NCBI RefSeq assembly: GCF_000150275.1
Contig: NW_002060944.1
Coordinates: forward strand, 4,282,123-4,346,122
Length of the DNA: 64,000 nt
DNA from: Trichoplax adhaerens
Lineage: Eukaryota > Animalia > Placozoa
Direction of reading: 5' to 3'
Shown: piece after piece, positions 58,130-64,000 of the stretch
Position numbering within the stretch: position 1 is the stretch's first letter
How the letters are laid out: every line of letters begins with the position of its first letter
Notes under the pieces: generated by a model
The model's input: the letters and a program-made list of their open reading frames with translations, nothing else
Told to the model about the DNA's origin: nothing
Database searches by the model: none
Program-made: the position numbers and the translations under genes

Positions 58130-61100
58130 TTAGTGTCTAGTATTGTTTCTCTTCTGTTTGCTTGAGAAAACGAAACATAATACAATCAACACACACATGA
58201 TTTCGATCAATAAGCAAACGGAGGTTTCACCAAATCCTTTATGATGGCTTTTTTCAGAAATTGACCTTATTTCATTTGTAATATCTTCTAAATTAATTTC
58301 TAAATGATTTAATCTATTCATTAATGATTGAACTGACTTAGTATTTTGCTCAATCAGAGAAGTTAGAAGATTCATTCTTTTATCAGATGCTTTCTGGACG
58401 TCATCCAATCTTTTGACAAATTTTTTACTAAAATCTTCCAAATACAAAGTTGTCAATTTGTAGTTTTTTTCCAGAGTCTTAATTCTGTTATTAAGACGTG
58501 TTAATACTGATTCTCGATTAGCGCCAGTCTTATGAACTGTTGCTGATTCTGAAGGACTAAAATCGATATCTAAATCATAATCAAAGTCAACATTTAATAA
58601 TTTTTCAAGCGTGGACTGGATAGAACCACCAACCGAAGTTAAATTTGATGATGGCGTAGTTTCATTTTTAGAGTTAGATGTCGATTCACTTGCATCACGT
58701 CTCTTATTAGAATCGACATTAGCAACTTTAGATTTATATTCTGAGCTATCTACAGTAACACTTGGTTGCAGTATCGAAGATACTGTTGAGAACTCGTGAT
58801 CTATATTTTCGAAGCCATCGCTCGTAGATATCATTTTATTAACAACAGATGCCTTACTTCCTGGAGACAGCAAGTAATCGGAGCCACTTTGTTCTTGTAC
58901 CGTTGTTCTACTTGATTGAATATTAATAACTGGCTGTGATTCTTGCATGGGTAGATTTGTTTGCATGATAAGTTCAATCGATTTATCAAATTCTAGCGTA
59001 GAAACAGTATCAGACTTGAGCTCGAGTTCAGAAGGTTGATTAATTGAATTCATAGAATACGTCAATTGCGCAAGAGGAGAAAGATCGATTGAAGAGACTT
59101 CATTTATAGGCTTGTTTGGAATTAAATTAGATAACTTATCGAATTTTTTGATCGTAGATGTATTATACAATGGATCATTTATGATTACACAACAACTTAG
59201 ACAGTGATGCAAGTAAAATATTGAAGCAATTTCTTCAACATAACTGCCGAAAATAGCGCGAAAAGGCAAGTCCAAAAATTGACAATATTCTGTGAATGGC
59301 ATAAAATTGAATGTTCGGATAGAAACATCTTCAATACTTTTATCATTACTGACGTATCTGTTTGCCGTAATTTTTTTTCCGGAATCCCCTAATTTGTTCT
59401 TTTCGTTCTCATTAGATATTTTCTGACTAGATTTCGAAGTTGCATTTACAATTGCTTCGATAAATTTACGATTATACTTTACCATAAGATACCAATACAA
59501 ACTCAGTGTTTCATTTTTTCTATATCAAGAAAAATGATGATCAATAACAGCTATATGATAATACTGGGATTATTAAATGCATACAGCACATGTATACATA
59601 TAAATATATATATATATATATACGTACATGTAGCAAATGTCGTAGTTAGGGAAATATCCTAAATAGATATGAAAACGGAACTGAGTTAAGAGAGTCGATT
59701 ACGAAATGGTAGTTAACAGCATTATGTATCCTTATACATGTTGAAATTTGAATTATTATCACACGATGATTACATTAATATGTAATACAACCATACCTGT
59801 AAGGTTATGATTATCATTTCCGATAGCATGATCACTCGTAGTTTCATTTCTACTACGTTTAGTAAACGCTTCACCGACTTTTTTAACTATCGTTATGACA
59901 GCATCTACCGAGTAATATAGTAAAAATGGCATCAAATACACCAACAATACCGTAAACTCTGCTAGTCTTCTGTATTACAACATCTATTAATACCAACTTA
60001 CCTAAGCCTAATCCCATAATTGTAGATTTATTCCCTTTGTTAGACTCTTGTACTACTATTTATAGAAAAATTTAGGTTATTGAGATTACGTGTATGCACA
60101 TCTTTCGAAGTTATATGATTATATCAATGCTATCACATGCCCAAGGTTAGTGTTTTAATACCGTCAGATTTCTCATTTGTGGAATTATCTATCTGTTGAG
60201 ATGAATTCACTTTAATAGATGTATCTTGCCCGTCCAAATCATTATCAGCGGTTTCAGAATCATCGAAATCGTCAACCCAGGTAGTTCCCAGTACACGAAA
60301 AAAGGTTAATGGGCAATAATGTTCATCTCGAAAAACTGAAAGTATCTCAACCTGAAACAACAATTTATGTCGGTAACTAAAAGACATCATTCTAATACTG
60401 TATACTGCCGAATAGCTACTAACTTTAACAAATCTTGCAAAGTCGTCTATATCCATCGCAAAACTCTGAATCTTTCTTTCGTCTCTGTATAAAAATATAT
60501 TATATGTAAATGGTAAATAATGTATATTTTGTAGCGCATTAATATCATTGTTCTTACTTGGCCTTAAAAGTATCTATTACTTTCCATTCACGGGTAGGAT
60601 TTCTATCGTCAAGGAATACATTATGTTATAAATATCTTAATAGCTACTTCACAACCGACTATTCTACGTAATTTTTAGGAACTATACCCATATTACTGGT
60701 TACCTTTGACTTATAGACACACGAAAGCTCTCTGGTCTAGATGAAAACAATTCTAAATTGGCTATTTCGATTGATTCTATCTTGAGGTGGTCGCATAGTT
60801 CAATTACGAACCTGTCGAATATAATGGACAATCCAAAAAATGGAAATATTAAATTAGAAAATTTTATATTGCACAATAGTGTAAAGGCGACTAATACATT
60901 ATCAAAATTTCTAAAGAGGTAGTTACTTTACATTCATTAATCGAACTTTACGTACGCGTAAACCTTTTAATACAGTTTTACATACCAAATATTCGCTGAA
61001 CATGGGTTATTCATGTAAACATCTTTATCACCTATTAATATTCCTTCGGCATTCTAGTAGCATATAAATTATGTAAATGATACAAATATGAATTAATACG

Positions 61101-62518
61101 ATAAAGTGCGTTATGACATTATGCAATACTGCTGCATCCAGAACTCGATACTAAGTCGTTAAGTGGAACACTAACTTTAGCTTCAGAGTTCGATTCAACA
61201 ATCTTTGCCCCACAACTAGAAGAAGCGTAGTTATTTTGAGACGGTTGTCTGTTTTTACGAGGTAAATTGTTACTAGCTGATATAGAATTGTGATGCCCTG
61301 CATAAAGAAATGAAAACCAATATAATATGTCTTACTGATATTTCATGCAATTGTATAACGAATTATTAAAATGACCTCTCTATAACATAACCAAAATACT
61401 ATGCATATTTCAATGAAAGCATGACACTTAGACTTTAGCCTACCTCGCTTCATGCTATCTTCAAACTGTTTCTTTTTCCATTCTTCAAAGGATGGCATAG
61501 CTGTATCTTCCTCCTTTTCCGTAGTTATTTTGGCCTTCATGTTATCAACATCGATTTCAGTAGTTTGTTCATTCTTTACCATATTTTGCGGGACTACCGG
61601 TAATTTATCAGTATCTTTCTTTATATCATCGACTGCTTCATTTAGCTCGACGCTATAAAATTAGATTTATAAATTACAATGATTGAATATAACCTTCAAG
61701 AACACATTTTATGTAACATATTAGTGAGTAAAGTATCCTTGCCTATCACTGCATGATAAAAAATGAATCATATATAAATGCTAGAGTCAACGGGACTCTG
61801 CTTGCTATTATGATATTAGTATTACAGTATATTACAGTACTTTTGGCTTCTATAAATCAACTTATATCTCCTTATACAGTATAACTTTGTTTAATTCTAA
61901 GGCTGAAAGATGAATAATCTATCATTTAATAAACTACTTCAATAAAAGATTAGTATCACAACTAGGGGTAAATAGATCCTTGATCATAGAAAGTTTGAAA
62001 ACATTTCAGGGAGACCTTTAAACATTATCATTTATGGGGATTCCAACTACGCTTTAAGGTACAACAATTTAATAAAACAGAGAGATCTTAACAATAATTA
62101 TCATTCCTGAGGATTACGACTACGTCTTAAAGCATATCAATCCGACAACATATACTGCAAGGTTTACACCAGGAAAGTTCAGTAAAATCCATATATACTA
62201 TACACCATACAACAACTCATACAAATTACGATTCGTGAGTGAATTTAACGACCTGGGTACGGTTGTAATAATAAAAGTTTCATTTTAGCTATAATGTCAT
62301 GTGCTGCAGTATAGATTAATTTACTAAAAGCTAGAAACTTACTCTAGCGATTGTTTAACGTCTAGGTTCAAATTCTGATGTGAAGCTTCCCCATTTTCAT
62401 CTTCATCGAGTTGTTTGTCATCATTATGAATGATTTGCTCATCGGACTGGCTATGACCGGAATTATCGTCTGAGGCTCCAATTGATGAAGTCGTTCCGTC
62501 ATCATAAGATACATCGTT
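58130..62518 (-). CDS. SUCO: SUN domain-containing ossification factor (mid-SUN, SUCO/Slp1 family); 5' end unresolved
   Basis: MPSFEEWKK; SUN domain NYASSSCGAKIV, DKDVYMNNPCS, FVIELCD, IANLELFSSRP and EHYCPLTFFRVLG; coiled coil RESVLTRLNNRIKTLE; C-terminal hydrophobic segment. No start codon or signal-peptide exon was identified, and the stop is provisional. Confidence 0.88.
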
Positions 62519-64000
62519 CTGTCCGCAAATTGAATAAAAAATTGAAATTGTTAAACTTTGATCCAAGTTGCAAAGCCTCTTCTCCGTATTCAGTGATATA
62601 CGTAGATGTTGAATAGTAATAATAGTGGTTTACTGTAAGCTAATTACTTGAAATAAATTAAATATCTCCTCTATAATAAGTATTATTATCAAGTTGACAG
62701 TAAACACATTTTACAAATAGGACAAGAACATTAGTCAGTAACGGTGTCAGTATTTCGTAGGACTAGTTAAAAAGCTTTAAAAGGGAAGAAATTGAGAAAT
62801 TACACGCAAGGGTAAGATCACAGTACAGAAATATCCTGTCCCATACCTCTATTTAATAATAATATTATTTATAAGCGCATCTTTTACACAATAAAATAAT
62901 CTTGCAACATTACAGTATTCAAAAATGTTGTAAAATCACTAGTGTTACAAAAATTGTACGTGACGTGATTTATTCAACGGTGTTAAAAAATTGTGAATGA
63001 AATGCATAAAAGACTGAGTATTGCTAAATCATAATTGCAGATTCAAATGTAAATTAATCTACAAATAAAGAAAAAGATAATTAACTGTTGAACATCAAAA
63101 GGATAGGGTAGTTATAAATTTATTCGTATTCGTCTGTTATTCTTTCATAAATAGTGCTCAAAAGGCAAGCATGCATAGGGCTCCATTAATCTTGCTGATA
63201 CAATTCTGTGAATAATCTAACACAATTACTGTACAAAGGTGTGCACACAGCTACCCTTTCAAAATTGAACTTTTGGGCTTACCCATTCGATTCCAAGTGA
63301 TTCTAACTAGTTTTATTTTCACCTCTATTCATGTAATTCAATTTTGTGTAGTTTCCATCTTTGTAAATCACTTCTTTTTAATCCAGAGTCACTTCAATTT
63401 ACAGTTAATCAATTCAAATTCTGTCAATCCCCCCCCCCTCCCTCCATTAAGTACAGTAGTCGCTGCTATAGCCTGTCACTGTGCATTATAAATATACTGA
63501 ACGTCGTACTGTATACATCAACATAGACCGTGGCATACACATTCGTATATATTTGAACATAACTCAGCTTTAAATCAGTCATTGAATTCAATGATATTCA
63601 AGGCACTGAAAAATTTGCACATTTAGATTCAATTCAAATCAACTTCTTTCATTTTAACATAACTTAATTCAATTTCAATGCTGATTTGAATTAGTCATTG
63701 AATTGATGAATTCAGTGATTCAATTCAATGTCTTAATTCAAGGTACCGCAAATTTTGAACGGGTAGGCACACTGGAAAGTCTGAATGCCTACAACAGCAA
63801 TATGCTAGTAATTCAAGTAAAATCACTATCTCGAAATACGGCTAAAATTTTCCTTGCATCTCTTTCTCTACTGTACAGTACAGTACGTATCTACTGGCGA
63901 TATTTAATTCATTAGACATTTCAATCTTCACTATCGCTAAAACGAAATTGATAGGAATAATACTACATGTGTTGCTATTAGAACCTATGGAATTGTACAT

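Noticed and set aside
60603-60703. U12-like branch sequence TTCCTTGAC in a SUCO intron
   Set aside because: The donor is GTAACC (U2-like) and the motif is too close to the AG acceptor.

Overview
AT-rich, gene-dense eukaryotic DNA with many short (mostly ~70-150 nt) GT-AG introns. The proteins are animal-like, and the compact architecture suggests an early-branching animal such as a placozoan (Trichoplax-like); that organism call is inference. Splicing by eye supports eleven intron-containing genes: ANAPC5(+), VARS(-), PIN1(+), POLE3(-), CSNK2B(+), LRSAM1(-), RPS5(+), FLOT1(+), a divergent T-box gene(+), NUP214(+) and SUCO(-, 5' end unresolved). Main observations: (1) 8 of the 11 genes have human orthologues in the MHC (6p21) or its paralogons (9q32-34, 19p13, 1q24), consistent with a proto-MHC segment. 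(2) A palindromic (GTACN)n / TACnGTA cluster marks essentially every housekeeping promoter but not the proximal T-box promoter. (3) Clear U12-type (minor spliceosome) introns occur in the head-to-head pair POLE3/CSNK2B, with a degenerate candidate in VARS. (4) Five unrelated 135-290 bp tandem duplications all sit in first introns or a promoter. (5) Unusual protein motifs include eh1 and HxxxCxCxxC in the T-box protein, an LC8-type GIQT in NUP214, and a missing P(S/T)AP in LRSAM1. No rRNA, tRNA, CRISPR array or autonomous mobile element was recognised. Coordinates were counted by hand and may be off by a few bases.
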